This document shows, piece by piece, positions 19,961-31,466 of a stretch of 64,000 nucleotides of DNA; position 1 is the first letter of the stretch, and each line of letters opens with the position of its first letter. A program made the translations under genes and the position numbers. The notes below the pieces were generated by a model, which saw nothing but the letters and a program-made list of their open reading frames with translations, ran no database searches and had not been told where the DNA came from. Source of the DNA: Candidatus Binatia bacterium (lineage in GTDB: Bacteria > Desulfobacterota > Binatia > Bin18); contig CAXXHG010000043.1 of the NCBI GenBank assembly GCA_963666315.2, positions 160,001 through 224,000 of the forward strand, in the 5' to 3' direction.

Positions 19961-20839
19961 CTACTTCAGGAACTCTTTTGTGACTTTGAGGAACTCATCA
20001 AGCTGGTCGTGATGGACCCAATGTCCGGCTTTTTGGATTGTCGCAATTTTTGGATTTTGGAACGCTTTCGCGCGTTCGTCTTTCTCAAGATCAGCCGCCC
20101 ACGACTCACTCCCCCGAATCAACAAAAGCGGGCAAGTGATCCGCCCCCAAATTTCCTGAGCGTCATCCATATTGAACCGATAGGGCGACCGCGCGCGCGC
20201 ATAGTTATCAAATTTCCAGGTATACGTGCCGTCCTCATTTCGATTGGTTCCATACAGAGTAAGGTGGCGGGCCTGCTCCGGGCTAAGGTGCGGATTAGCG
20301 TCGCGCATGCGCTCCACCGCTTCCTCAAGTGTCTTATAGTGCCGTGGCAGTCGGCCAGCAAATCCACGCATTTCCCTCACCCAGTGTTGCATGCGTTCAT
20401 AGGCATACTTCGGCTGCTCTTGCAACATCTGCGGGGGAGGCCCCCAGCCTTCAATAGACACGGCTTTCGTGACTTTTTCGGGGTAGACGCCTGTGTACTG
20501 AAGGACAATGCCACCACCGAGTGAGTGACCAATCAAGGTGACGGGAAACGAATCGAGCTGAGCCAAGAGCTGAGCAATATCGACCACGTGCTCAATCATC
20601 GAATACTCGCTGCCTCTGGCCCACTCTGAGTCTCCATGCCCGCGCAAATCCGGAGCAACGATGTGGTAGTCGTCGCGCAGCGTCAGGGCCACCCAGTCCC
20701 AATTGCGGCAATGATCCCGTCCACCGTGAATCAGGACCAGCAACGGCTTGTCAGGATTCCCCCAATCAACGTACTGCAGCTTGAGACGCTGCGAGTAAAA
20801 ATAGTGCGACGTAGGGCCGATAATCTGTTGTCTTGCCAT
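19961..20839 (-). CDS. Alpha/beta hydrolase
   Basis: HGGRD, DLRGHGDS, GHSLGG, AGHWVHHD; SD GGAGAGG before the ATG at 20839. Confidence 0.9.
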   Translation of the reverse strand: MARQQIIGPTSHYFYSQRLKLQYVDWGNPDKPLLVLIHGGRDHCRNWDWVALTLRDDYHIVAPDLRGHGDSEWARGSEYSMIEHVVDIAQLLAQLDSFPVTLIGHSLGGGIVLQYTGVYPEKVTKAVSIEGWGPPPQMLQEQPKYAYERMQHWVREMRGFAGRLPRHYKTLEEAVERMRDANPHLSPEQARHLTLYGTNRNEDGTYTWKFDNYARARSPYRFNMDDAQEIWGRITCPLLLIRGSESWAADLEKDERAKAFQNPKIATIQKAGHWVHHDQLDEFLKVTKEFLK

Positions 20840-20991
20840 GTTGCATCCTCTCCGTGAGGAATTGTATAGACGGACACAATAAGGCGGCAACACCCCGATA
20901 CAGAAAGAGCCGGCGGGAATCTTGTTAGGATAGTTCGTCTAACAACGTTACCGGAGAGGATTACAGGGGGATAGCATCACACGCGAGAGGT

Positions 20992-21408
20992 TCAAAAATG
21001 TGTTGGTGTAATGAGTTGCCCAGTTGGGAAGTATGTTTTCATGCATGCCTCGTCGCGGGTTAAGAGGAACAATTCCGCCACTGCCGCATAAGCACCAATG
21101 AAGAAGTCGTGTGATGGTGAGAGCTTATTTCCAGTACGCCTTCGGTATTGGAGAAAGGCTTTTCCGGCTAAGAAGAGCGCCTCCTTGGGGATAGGGAGGA
21201 ATTGGAACCCGCCGACAGTGAGGGCGTTTTCCGATTCTTCTATACGCTGAAAGCCAACTGAAATTTCGGAATAAATAACAGGGTTGATATACAGCGTGTG
21301 ACTTGCAGCATATTGGTTGAGGGCGGACTCAGACCATTCGGCCCACGCCGCATCATTTTCAAACACGTCCAAGATGACGTTGGAGTCGACCAGCACACCG
21401 CTCATCAA
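20992..21408 (-). CDS. vapC: Type II toxin VapC (PIN domain)
   Basis: VLVDSNVILD...YSE...DFFIGA...LLTRD PIN acidic residues; overlaps the antitoxin stop codon. Confidence 0.88.
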   Translation of the reverse strand: MMSGVLVDSNVILDVFENDAAWAEWSESALNQYAASHTLYINPVIYSEISVGFQRIEESENALTVGGFQFLPIPKEALFLAGKAFLQYRRRTGNKLSPSHDFFIGAYAAVAELFLLTRDEACMKTYFPTGQLITPTHF

Positions 21409-21638
21409 CTGCCTCGGGTTAAGGCCATAATTTCGTCGGTACTCATTTTAACGGTCGCAATGCCTCTGAGGCGACGAAATCTTTGCGGCGCAGGCGTGGT
21501 TACGTCCTGCTTAACGAGGACAATCCGTCCATCCTCCTCAATAAAATCTACTTCGCTATATGGGGTGATCCCCATCTTCTCCCGGATATGTTGGGGGATA
21601 GTGACTTGCCCTTTTCTTCTGACGCGCATTTTATTCAC
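21405..21638 (-). CDS. AbrB/MazE/SpoVT-family antitoxin
   Basis: KGQVTIPQHIREKMGI...MSTDEIMALTRG. Confidence 0.9.
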   Translation of the reverse strand: MNKMRVRRKGQVTIPQHIREKMGITPYSEVDFIEEDGRIVLVKQDVTTPAPQRFRRLRGIATVKMSTDEIMALTRGS

Positions 21639-21654
21639 CTCTTCAGATAAGGGT

Positions 21655-21676
21655 GTATTACTAGTAATAGTATTAC
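21655..21676. promoter_or_regulatory. Palindromic operator of the TA operon
   Basis: Perfect palindrome TATTACTAGTAATA overlapping GTAATA-G-TATTAC, just upstream of the antitoxin start. Confidence 0.65.
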
Positions 21677-21763
21677 TTCAGAGAAGATCGAGTAAGCTCT
21701 CTTTGGAAAGACTAAGGACCTCTCCTCCGCATCAAGCCCTTATCGAACGCGCGTTTAATCTGG

Positions 21764-24700
21764 TCAAGAAGGAGCGTCGAGTAACGCCTTTGCCTCTTGT
21801 AAATCTTTGGTATCAAAGCCTTCGGTGAATCAGTTGTAGACGGGAGCGAGGAGGTCGCGGGCTTCTTTCGGCTTCCCCTGCCGTTGCCACAGCCACGCCA
21901 GGCTCGTGGCGGCGCGCAGTTCCCAGGACTTCGCTTCTTGCTGTTTGGCAATATCGATGGCCTTCCGAAAACACCCCTCTGCTTCTTCGCCGTTGAACCT
22001 AGAACCTTGAAGTTTGAAGTTTTCCAGTATCAACTCCCCTTTGAGCCGATACAGCTCCGCTTCATAGAACCGCTCGTCGGTTCGCTCGACAAAAGCCAAC
22101 GCCTCGGCCACCGTTCTGAGCCGGCTCTCAACCTGCCCGTCTTTCCCGTAGGCCTCGGCCAATAAGGCAAGAAACTGCGACCGCCACAACTCTGACCCCG
22201 TGGCCCGCCAGGCATCCAGTCCCCCACGTGTCTGGCTGAGGCCTGCTGCTCCATGCCCTTGGTGGACTAGTGCCCAACCCCGCAGAATAGTTCCCGACGC
22301 CAAGAAGAGCGGAAAGCCCTGCTCGGTCGACAGCGCAACGAGGGCCTCGGCTCGGTCTTGGGCCCTCGTTGCTGCCCTTCAGCGCCTGCTCCGGATAGCC
22401 CAGATGCCACAGGGCTATGGTCGTATTGCAGAGACAGGCTACTCCAGGGTCAAACGACCCTTAGCTGAACGCCAAAGAAAGGTGCTGCGGGGCGTCGTAG
22501 AGTGCACTCCCCTGCTCCAGGCGAGTGCGGCCAGGGGCGAGGTCTCCCTGGTAGAACAAGCTGGACCCCAACGCCAAATGAGCCTCCAGCAGGAGAGCGG
22601 AGTCTTGCTGGCTTTGGGCCAAGCGCAGGAGTTGCTCGGCCAGCTCCTGTGCCGTCTTGTGCTCCGCCCGCGTAAAATAAAACGCAAGTAGCCCATACAG
22701 CGTCGGGAAGGTCTCAGACGTGTCCCCCATCTGCTCACACAGCTCCCGTGCCCGTAGGTACACGTTCCCCGCTTCCGGGACAGCCCAGCTCTTGGTGGCA
22801 ACGAGTGGCACGCCCAAGGCCACCTGCAGCACGAGCTCATGCTGGCTGCGCTCCGGACTGTCCGGCAGGGTCTGGAGCAGCTCGATGGCCGTGATGAAGT
22901 GGCCGACCGCTGCACGGTCTGGTGGCCAGCCAGCCCGAGATACGCGACGGCCTTCTCCGCATTCCCACTGCGACTGTAGTGATGTGCCAGTTCACTGTAG
23001 TGGTCGCCCACACGCGCCTTATTCAGCTCTTCCATCGCCTGGCCTGTCCGCTCATGTAACGCTTTGCGCTGCTCGTGCAGCACCGTGCCATACGCCACGT
23101 CCTGGGTCAGCGCGTGCTTGAAGACGTATTCCACCTCGGGAAACGCCGGCTGTTCATACAGAAACTCTTTGCGTTGGAGGGATACCAAAACCCGGTACAG
23201 GGTGTCTTCGGGCAGGGAGACCACTCCCTGGACCAGCCGCAAGGGAAACGCCCGGCCGATGACCGAAAGTTGCTGGAGCAGGGCTTTCTCATCGGGCGCC
23301 AGCCGGTCAATCCGGGCGGCAAGCACGCCTTGGACCGTCGGTGAAATGTGCAACTCTGGTGGCGTTGCCTCTAGGCGATAGTTTCCCCGCTCGCCGCTGA
23401 GCGCCCCTTCCTCGGCTAAGGTCTGCACCACCTCTTCCATAAAAAACGGCGTACCGTCCGTTTTCTCTAAGATGAGCGCCTTGAGTGGAGTGAGGCTGGC
23501 ATCCGTCCCCGGCAGAAACGACAGCAATTCCTCCGCTTCGTTCTTCCCGAGAGGCGCCAGGCGCAGCTGGGTGTAATACCTCTTCTGGCCCCACTCGTGG
23601 CGATACTCGGGTCGATAATTGACCAACAGCACGAGGGGGCACCGACCACGCTCTCACTCAGCGTATCCAGAAAGCCTTGGGTCTCGGTGACTATCCAGTG
23701 CAGGTCTTCGAAGATGAGAATGAGGGGTTGATTGAGGCTCTCGCGCAGGAAGAGTTTCTTGAGCCCGTCAAACGTCCGCTGACGCCGTATCTGGGCGTCC
23801 ATTTGTTGCAGGGATGAGCTGGGGTCTGCGATACCAAGCAAGGAAAAGAGATACGGCAGGGTCTCTTCGAGACTCCGATCGAGCATCAGGACTTTACCGC
23901 CGACCTTTTCTTTCCGTGTCCGTTCCTCATCGGTCGGGTCAATCTGGAAATAGGTCTTCAGCAGCTCAATGAGGGGCAGATACGGTGACGCCTTCCCATG
24001 CGACACCGCAAACACTTCGAGCACCAGACAGCCGCTTTGGGAGGTAAGTTTGAACTCGTAAAACAGGCAGGATTTCCCCAGCCCCGGCTCGCCTAGTACC
24101 CCCACGATTTGGCCGTGGCCGTCCTTGGCCTGCTCGAACGCCCGTTGCCGCTGGTCCAGCTCGCTGTGACGCCCCACAAAGCGCGTGAGTCCACGCCGGG
24201 CAGAGACCTGCAATCGAGTGCGGAGTGGGCCAGCGCCTAAGACCTCATAGACATTCAGCGGCTCTTCGACGCCTTTGATGTGCGTCTGGCCCAGGTCTTT
24301 GAACTCGAAGTAGCCGTCGGTGAGCTTATGGGTGTACGCCGTGACGAGGATAGAGCCGGGGGCAGCGAGTTGTTCCATCCGGGCGGCCAGGTTCGTGGAG
24401 TGGCCGACGGGGACATAGTCGGTATGCAGGTCGTCTTTGCGAATGGAGCGCACCACCACTTCGCCCGTGTTCAGCCCCACGCGCACCATGAGCGGAGCGC
24501 GTCCCTGCTCCCGGAGCGTATCCGCATACCCCCGCATCTCTTCTTGCATCCGCAGCGCCGCATACAGCGCTCGCTGCGGATGGTCTTCATGCGCGATCGG
24601 CGCCCCGAACAACGCAAAGATGCCGTGACCCAGCGCTTAGGCCACGTAGCCGTCATAGCGATGCACCGCGTCCATCATCAGTTGCAGCGCCGGATCGATA

Positions 24701-25091
24701 ATCGCGCGGGCGTCTTCGGGGTCGAGGCCTTCAATCATGGCCGTGGAGCCTTTGAGGTCGGCAAACAGCGCGGTGATGGTTTTGCGCTCCCACGTGATTC
24801 CATCGCCGCTTGTTCGGCGCGGATGCGCTCGGCTAGGTGCTGCGGCGTGTAGCTGGCAGGGGACTGGGAGGTAGTCTCCGACGCTTCTACCGTCTGCCCT
24901 CCTTCTCCATTCCATATGAGTCCCCGCCCGTCCGCTTCTGAAATCTCTGGATGCGAGAAGAGGAGTTCTTCTTTGAGGTCTTCCAGATATTGGTCATCCA
25001 GGCCGAAACGCCTCTTGATTCCCCGGTAGGAGAGTCGTTTGTCGCGCTCTAGCAGCGTTAAGACCTGTTCCAAGACGTCGTCAAATTCCAT
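21764..25091 (-). pseudogene. Adenylate/guanylate cyclase + AAA ATPase + TPR protein, heavily degraded
   Basis: Fragments ERKTITALFADLKGS, ALFGAP..HEDH, GEPGLGKS, FEDLHW, FKHALTQDVAY, SWELRAATSL, FTEGFDTKDL. In-frame TAA at 24637 and TGA at 21830, plus frameshifts near 24790, 23640, 22900 and 22300-22460. Confidence 0.92.
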
Positions 25092-25237
25092 AAACGCAAC
25101 CTGTTTAAGGAGAGTATAGATGAGAGAAGAAAACGAGACTAGGTTCGGGAATGCTACCGAGAGCGACAGGATAGTGCTATATCCGGTTGGCAAAGAGAGC
25201 CCTGCTGTCAGGATTGAAAAGCAAAAGGAGAGAACTG

Positions 25238-26020
25238 ATGGAAACACGCTACGGAGATGTTGAAGTAACGCTGGCCGATCATGTCGCAACCGCAGAAATC
25301 CAACGACCGCCGAATAATTTCTTTGATACTGAACTCATTACATCTCTGGCGAACGCGTTTGAAGACCTGGATAAAGAAATGGACTGTCGGGCTATCGTGC
25401 TAGCAGCAGATGGCAAGCATTTCTGTGCAGGCGCCAATTTCCATACGGGTCAGGCAGAGCGGGATTTGCGCGATGTCGGGACCGGCAACCCACTCTACGC
25501 CGAGGCCGTACGGCTGTTTGCCGGCAAGAAGCCGGTTGTTGGTGCGATCCAGGGCGCTGCCATTGGTGGCGGCTTTGGGCTCGCATTAGTGCCAGACTTT
25601 CGCGTGTTATGCTCAGAGACTCGGTTTGCCGCGAATTTCGTCAAACTCGGCTTTCATCCTGGCTTTGGACTAACGACCACACTCCCCCGGCTGATTGGCG
25701 AGCCACGTGCCAACCTCATTTTCCAAACAGGCCGACGTATTGGGGGTGAGGAAGCCTATGCCTGGGGTTTGGGTGAGGTTCTGACTGAAAAGGAAAACGT
25801 GCGGTCTGCAGCCTTAGAGTTGGCCAAGGAAATTGCGGAGAACGCGCCCCTCGCCGTACAGTCCGTACGGGCGACCATGCGGGACGGCATCGCGGCTGCC
25901 GTAAAAGCCGCCACCGATCACGAGTTCAAAGAACAGCACCGCCTCCAGCAGACCGAAGATCATAAAGAAGGCCTCAAAGCTGTGGCGGAACGCCGTCCTG
26001 GGAATTTTGTGGGAAGGTAG
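25238..26020 (+). CDS. Enoyl-CoA hydratase/isomerase family protein
   Basis: HFCAGA, GAAIGGG, FVKLGFHPGFG, APLAV; SD AAGGAG upstream. Confidence 0.92.
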   Translation: METRYGDVEVTLADHVATAEIQRPPNNFFDTELITSLANAFEDLDKEMDCRAIVLAADGKHFCAGANFHTGQAERDLRDVGTGNPLYAEAVRLFAGKKPVVGAIQGAAIGGGFGLALVPDFRVLCSETRFAANFVKLGFHPGFGLTTTLPRLIGEPRANLIFQTGRRIGGEEAYAWGLGEVLTEKENVRSAALELAKEIAENAPLAVQSVRATMRDGIAAAVKAATDHEFKEQHRLQQTEDHKEGLKAVAERRPGNFVGR

Positions 26021-26089
26021 TTTCAGACTAGAGCAGGAGAGGGCGCGGCATGCGCCTCTACGCACTAACAGAAAACAACACTCAGCTTA

Positions 26090-29000
26090 TCACCATGTAT
26101 CAATACATGGCCGCTTTTTCCCCGTACGGGGTTCCGGCGGCGGCGATGAGCGGAGTGCAGTCATAATCCAGCGTCGTGACTCGGCTGGATCAATCACATC
26201 ATCAATCTCAAAATACGTAGCCGTGCTGAGCGCTTTGCCATTTTCATACATCTTGGCGACGAGCCGTTCGTAGAGTTCTGTGCGTTTAGAAGGGTCCGTT
26301 TCAGCCTCCAATTCTTTACGAAAACCCAGCTTAACCGCCCCTTCTAACCCCATGCCACCAAACTCGCCCGTTGGCCAAGAAACCGCAAAACAAGGCGCCT
26401 TGAAGCTCCCGCCAGCCATCCCTTGGGCCCCTAATCCATACGACTTGCGCAACACAATGGTGAAGAACGGAACAGTCAGGCTCGAACCGGTCACAAACAT
26501 ACGGCAGCAGTGCCGCACCAGGGCGGTCTTTTCTGCCTCAGGACCGACCATATTGCCCGGCGTGTCACACAGCATGAGCAGTGGAATATCAAACGCATCA
26601 CATAACTGCATAAACCGCGTCGCCTTGTCCGCAGCATCGGAATCGATAGCCCCGCCCAGATGTTTAGGATTGTTGGCAATTAGACCGATCGAGCGTCCCT
26701 CGACGCGGATGAAGGCGGTGACCATGCCAATACCGAAGTGTTTGCGAATCTCCAACACTGAGCCGGTGTCGGCTAAGGTCTGTATGACATCGCGAACCTC
26801 ATACACGCGCAGCCGATTCTCCGGCACGATGCTGCGCAGCAAGCGCTGCTCAGAGCATTCCCAGTCCGCTATTGGCCCCTGGAAGTAAGACAGGTATTGC
26901 TTGGCCACCCGTACAGCCTCAGCTTCATCCTTGACCGGAATATCCACCACCCCATTCGGCACCTGCACGGCCATGGGACCAACTTCTTCCGGCCGGAACA
27001 CACCTAGACCGCCCCCCTCGATCATGGCCGGACCGCCCATGCCAATATTCGAACCTTCAGTAGCAATTATCACGTCACAACAGCCCAGGATCACGGCGTT
27101 ACCGGCAAAGCAACGGCCCGAAGTAATGCCGACTAGCGGCACCATGCCGCTGAGCTTACCCCACAAATAAAAAGCAGGCACGTCGAGGCCGGACGGGCTC
27201 GACCAGTCCGTATCGCCAGGACGACCACCGCCGCCTTCAGCAAAGAAGACAACCGGCAGCTGCCACCTTTCGGCCAGCTCGAACATGCGATCTTTTTTGT
27301 AATGATTCTTAAACCCCTGGGTACCGGCGAGGACAGTGTAGTCATACGAAATAACGATACACTGCGCCGCTTTCTCCTCAAACAGGTCACCGTTGACACG
27401 GCCGACTCCGGCGATCATTCCGTCCGCCGGGGTACGTTTAATCAAATCATCGAGCGAGCGCCGCTGCCGTTGGGCAGCAATAATCATAGGCCCATACTCG
27501 ACGAAGGTATCTGCATCGCAGATGTCGTATACATTCTCACGCGCCGTACGTTGGCCGGTCTTACGCCGTCGGGCGACCGCTTCCGGCCGAGCGGCATCAA
27601 GCCCCAACTCGTGGCGTTCGATGACATCCGCAAGATCAGGACGGATGTAGTCGAGGTCGAGCTTCTCTTCTTGTATCGTCTCCGTAAGCTCGACTTCAGT
27701 CTCCTCAATGAAGGCAAGTGGATGTCCTTCGAAGACTGCGTCTCCTTGGTTGACAGTAAGCTGGCGGATAATGCCACTCGTTTCGGCTGAGATCACATGC
27801 TCCATTTTCATGGATTCCATGATCAGGAGCTGCTGGCCTACGTGGACAAGATCGCCCTCACTCACCTCAAGACTGACTATCGTCCCTTGTAAAGGAGCAG
27901 GGATGGCAATTGTGCCGTCAGGACCAACCACATCGACGGCCGGAGTCTGCACGGCCGGGGCGGCAGAGGCTGCCTGACTCGCAGATTTGCCATGATCGAG
28001 CACGGCTAAGGGATCAACTGTGTCTATTTTAACGCCGGCAAGTTTGCCGCCGGCAAGCGCAGGTGCCCCCGCCTGGACGGCTTCTGTATGAAAAAAGAAG
28101 CGTTGGTGCTCACCTGAGTCAACTAGCTCCGCTATATGCTCCTCAACAAAACGAGTGTAGACCTGGTTTTTTGTCACGTCAGTATGCTGCAAAAGGCTTT
28201 GTAAGAATGGAATATTGGTCGCGACGCCTTCGATTTTAAACTCACACAGCGCACGGTATGTTCTGATCACAACGTCGGAAAAATCCGGCGACGATGAATA
28301 CCCAATCAGTTTGGCCAGGAGCGAGTCGAAACTCGGACTGGTGGTATAACCAACATAGCCGAATGAATCTGTTCGCACACCAGGACCCGACGGGACCTCA
28401 AACGTGGACAATGTCCCACTCGATGGTCGGATCGTGCCATCAGCTGCCGTAGTCTCCATATTGATACGGACCTGCATCGCAAACCCACGCGGCTCAGGAA
28501 TACTCGCCTGGGTGAGTCCAAGATCAGCCAGCGAGCTTCCTCCAGCAATCCGTAATTGCGCCTTTACGAGGTCCACACCCGTCACTTCTTCTGTCACGGT
28601 ATGCTCAACTTGCAGCCGCGCATTGGCTTCAATAAATGCAAATGTCGCGTCGTCGCCGTTGGGTGCAGCATCAACGAGAAACTCAAACGTGCCCAGACTA
28701 GCGTACTGCACTTCCTGTGCGAGCCGGACTGCAGCCGTACTCAAGCGCTCTTTGAGATGAGACGAAAGCCCGGGAGACGGAGCGATTTCCACCAACTTCT
28801 GGTTGCGACGTTGAATACTACATTCACGCTCACCCAGATGACTGACCGCGCCAGACCCGTCGCCAATGACCTGCACCTCAATGTGTCGAGCACGGAGGAC
28901 GAGTTGCTCAACATACACGTCACCACTACCGAACGCCGCTTTTGCTTCGGACTGACACCGGGTGTAGGCCGTGTCAATTTCATCGACCGCATGAACAGCG

Positions 29001-29509
29001 CGCATACCACGGCCGCCGCCACCGGCTATGGCCTTGATCATCACCGCCGCATCGGCGCCTAATGACACCAGGAAATCTCTCGCCTCTTCCAGACTCGTCG
29101 AACCCGACGTCCCAGGCAGCACGGGGACTCCGCATTTTTTGGCCAGTAGCCGCGCTTGTCCTTTGTCGCCAAACAGGGCAAGCGTTTCGACTTGTGGTCC
29201 GACAAAAGTGACGCCGGCCTCGGCACACTGCCTGGCAAACTCCGCGTTCTCGCTTAAAAACCCATAGCCTGGATGAATCGCGTCACAGCCGGCTTGCTTA
29301 GCAACGGCAACGATTTGCTCGATATCGAGGTAGGCGGCAACACCACGGCCTTGGAGCGGCCGTGCCTCATCCGCCTTACGGGTATGGAGCGAGTGCACAT
29401 CGTCTTCAGAGAAAATGGTGACCGTGCGCATGCCGAGCTCGGCAGCCGCACGCACAATCCGAATAGCGATTTCACCTCGATTGGCGATCAGAAGACTCAT
29501 CAGACTCAT
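26090..29509 (-). CDS. Single-chain biotin-dependent acyl-CoA carboxylase (BC-BCCP-CT fusion, LCC type)
   Basis: LIANRGEIA, HPGYGFLSEN, RLQVEH (BC domain); ESMKME biotinylation site; LAGTQG, EGGGGRPGD, DTPG (CT domain). Confidence 0.93.
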   Translation of the reverse strand: MSLMSLLIANRGEIAIRIVRAAAELGMRTVTIFSEDDVHSLHTRKADEARPLQGRGVAAYLDIEQIVAVAKQAGCDAIHPGYGFLSENAEFARQCAEAGVTFVGPQVETLALFGDKGQARLLAKKCGVPVLPGTSGSTSLEEARDFLVSLGADAAVMIKAIAGGGGRGMRAVHAVDEIDTAYTRCQSEAKAAFGSGDVYVEQLVLRARHIEVQVIGDGSGAVSHLGERECSIQRRNQKLVEIAPSPGLSSHLKERLSTAAVRLAQEVQYASLGTFEFLVDAAPNGDDATFAFIEANARLQVEHTVTEEVTGVDLVKAQLRIAGGSSLADLGLTQASIPEPRGFAMQVRINMETTAADGTIRPSSGTLSTFEVPSGPGVRTDSFGYVGYTTSPSFDSLLAKLIGYSSSPDFSDVVIRTYRALCEFKIEGVATNIPFLQSLLQHTDVTKNQVYTRFVEEHIAELVDSGEHQRFFFHTEAVQAGAPALAGGKLAGVKIDTVDPLAVLDHGKSASQAASAAPAVQTPAVDVVGPDGTIAIPAPLQGTIVSLEVSEGDLVHVGQQLLIMESMKMEHVISAETSGIIRQLTVNQGDAVFEGHPLAFIEETEVELTETIQEEKLDLDYIRPDLADVIERHELGLDAARPEAVARRRKTGQRTARENVYDICDADTFVEYGPMIIAAQRQRRSLDDLIKRTPADGMIAGVGRVNGDLFEEKAAQCIVISYDYTVLAGTQGFKNHYKKDRMFELAERWQLPVVFFAEGGGGRPGDTDWSSPSGLDVPAFYLWGKLSGMVPLVGITSGRCFAGNAVILGCCDVIIATEGSNIGMGGPAMIEGGGLGVFRPEEVGPMAVQVPNGVVDIPVKDEAEAVRVAKQYLSYFQGPIADWECSEQRLLRSIVPENRLRVYEVRDVIQTLADTGSVLEIRKHFGIGMVTAFIRVEGRSIGLIANNPKHLGGAIDSDAADKATRFMQLCDAFDIPLLMLCDTPGNMVGPEAEKTALVRHCCRMFVTGSSLTVPFFTIVLRKSYGLGAQGMAGGSFKAPCFAVSWPTGEFGGMGLEGAVKLGFRKELEAETDPSKRTELYERLVAKMYENGKALSTATYFEIDDVIDPAESRRWIMTALRSSPPPEPRTGKKRPCIDTW

Positions 29510-29656
29510 GCAACCAACCTACTTTCTCATTGCGCTGCCTTTGCTGATTGTGTCGAAGAGGCGGGTGAGTGCTGCGCTGCCTCACATCCCCACCGTTGCT
29601 AGCCGTTGCCAGCCGTTGGAGGGAGACTCGCTGTTTGGGCGAGCGCATGGAATATC

Positions 29657-29693
29657 AAAACGGCCGGCGCGGAAGGGAGTCCCGCGCCGGCCG
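29657..29693 (-). terminator. Rho-independent terminator after etfA
   Basis: 12-bp GC stem CGGCCGGCGCGG / CCGCGCCGGCCG followed by TTTT on the minus strand. Confidence 0.8.
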
Positions 29694-29711
29694 CGTTCTT
29701 GACGCTATTCC

Positions 29712-30680
29712 CTACGCCTTTGCCTTTTTCACTGCCTCAGTCAACTCGGGCACGGCCTTAAAGAGATCGGCTACCAGGCCATAGTCAGCCACATTGAAAA
29801 TCGGTGCGTCCGGATCTTTATTGACGGCCACAATGACTTTAGAGTCCTTCATGCCGGCCAAGTGCTGAATGGCACCGGAAATTCCAACCGCAATATACAA
29901 ATCAGGCGCCACCACTTTGCCTGTCTGCCCGACTTGCAGATCGTTCGGCACAAAGCCCGCATCAACTGCTGCGCGGCTGGCGCCCATGGCTGCGCCAAGC
30001 TCATCAACCAGTGGTTCGAGATAGGTCGTGAAGTTCTCGCCCGACTTGAGCCCACGCCCGCCAGACACCACGATACTGGCTTCGGTCAGGTTGGGTCGAT
30101 CAGATTGGGTCTCATTAAAGGACACAAACTGCAGCTTGGTAGCGTCTGCATCCAAGCTGACACTGGTTTGTTCGACAGCAGACCGATCGCCCGGCTGAGC
30201 GGCGTCAAAGGCCGTGCTACGCACGGACACGACTTTTATATCGTCGTCAAGAGCAACCGTCGCCACCGTATTGCCGGCATACATGGGCCGCTGCAGCGTT
30301 CCATCCTCATTGAATTCCACCACATCGCTGGCCATCCCCACGCCCAGCCGTGCGGCCACGCGCGGCAAAAGATCTTTTCCTATCGCAGTAGATGTGGCCA
30401 CGAGCATCGTCACCTGGTTGGCTTGCACCAACTGTTCAAGCACTGCGGCATACGAATCGGCAAGATAATGTTCCAGGGCGGCATCACTCACAGCTAAGAC
30501 CTTAGCCGTTCCGTACCCGGCCGCTTCTTGAGTCGCAGCCTCAATGTCTGAGCCCAGCACGGCAACCAGCACATCGCCACCTAGCTTGCTCGCCGCTTCT
30601 TTACCGGCCTGGATCGTAATCAGTGAGCTTTTCGGCAGGCTGCCTTTCTGAATTTCCGCAAAAACAAGTATATTTCCCAT
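29712..30680 (-). CDS. etfA: Electron transfer flavoprotein subunit alpha
   Basis: [36 protein letters not shown]. Confidence 0.96.
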   Translation of the reverse strand: MGNILVFAEIQKGSLPKSSLITIQAGKEAASKLGGDVLVAVLGSDIEAATQEAAGYGTAKVLAVSDAALEHYLADSYAAVLEQLVQANQVTMLVATSTAIGKDLLPRVAARLGVGMASDVVEFNEDGTLQRPMYAGNTVATVALDDDIKVVSVRSTAFDAAQPGDRSAVEQTSVSLDADATKLQFVSFNETQSDRPNLTEASIVVSGGRGLKSGENFTTYLEPLVDELGAAMGASRAAVDAGFVPNDLQVGQTGKVVAPDLYIAVGISGAIQHLAGMKDSKVIVAVNKDPDAPIFNVADYGLVADLFKAVPELTEAVKKAKA

Positions 30681-30710
30681 TGTGATGGTCTCCAGATGAC
30701 GCAGATGACA

Positions 30711-31466
30711 TTAGATGACTTTGGCTTCGTCGTGGAGCAGTGTCATCAGCTCTGCCACCGTCTCAACCTTCTTGCCGCCTTCCTTCTTGGTCGGCGGCTC
30801 CAGCATCTGCACCGTGAGGCGCGGCGTGATGTCAACACCAAGGTCGGCTGCGGCAATCTCTTTGATCTCTTTCTTGCGTGCCTTCATGATACCGGGCAGT
30901 GAAGCATAACGAGGTTCATTGAGCCGCAAGTCAGAGGTAATAATGCCGGGTAAGGCAAAACCAACCGTTTCCAGCCCGCCATCCACTTCCCGCGTCACCT
31001 TAACCGATTGCTGATCGTCGGACAGTTCCACCTCAGACGCAAAGGTTGCTTGCGGCCAGCCCAGGAGTGCCGCCAACATTTGTCCGGCCTGATTCGCATC
31101 ATCGTCAATAGCCTGTTTGCCCAGGAGCACGATCTCAGGGCTTTCTTGCTCAACGATTTTTGCCAAGATACGAGCCACACCGAGAGAGTCGAGCTCTTGG
31201 TCGCAGCCAACCGAAATGGCACGGTCCGCGCCCATAGCCAGACCAGTCCTGAGCTGTTCAGATACAGCTTTGACGCCGATACTGACGAGGATGACCTCAC
31301 CCGAGCCCAGCTTTTCTTTAATACGCAGGGCTTCTTCAAGAGCGATCTCATCAAAGGGGTTAATGACATACTTGATGTTGTCCGTCTCAATGCCCGATCC
31401 ATCGGATTTGACACGGATCGTTGTCTCTGGGTCAGGCACCCGTTTGACTGCCACAAGTACTTTCAC
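30711..31466 (-). CDS. etfB: Electron transfer flavoprotein subunit beta
   Basis: VKRVPD, INPFDEIALE, GKQAIDDD, LNEPRYASL; GTG start with GGGAGG SD. Confidence 0.96.
   Translation of the reverse strand: MKVLVAVKRVPDPETTIRVKSDGSGIETDNIKYVINPFDEIALEEALRIKEKLGSGEVILVSIGVKAVSEQLRTGLAMGADRAISVGCDQELDSLGVARILAKIVEQESPEIVLLGKQAIDDDANQAGQMLAALLGWPQATFASEVELSDDQQSVKVTREVDGGLETVGFALPGIITSDLRLNEPRYASLPGIMKARKKEIKEIAAADLGVDITPRLTVQMLEPPTKKEGGKKVETVAELMTLLHDEAKVI

Noticed and set aside
21830-21832. In-frame TGA as selenocysteine or recoded Trp
   Set aside because: It lies in a gene with many other lesions, and TGA is the normal stop of many intact genes here, including the prfB shift site.
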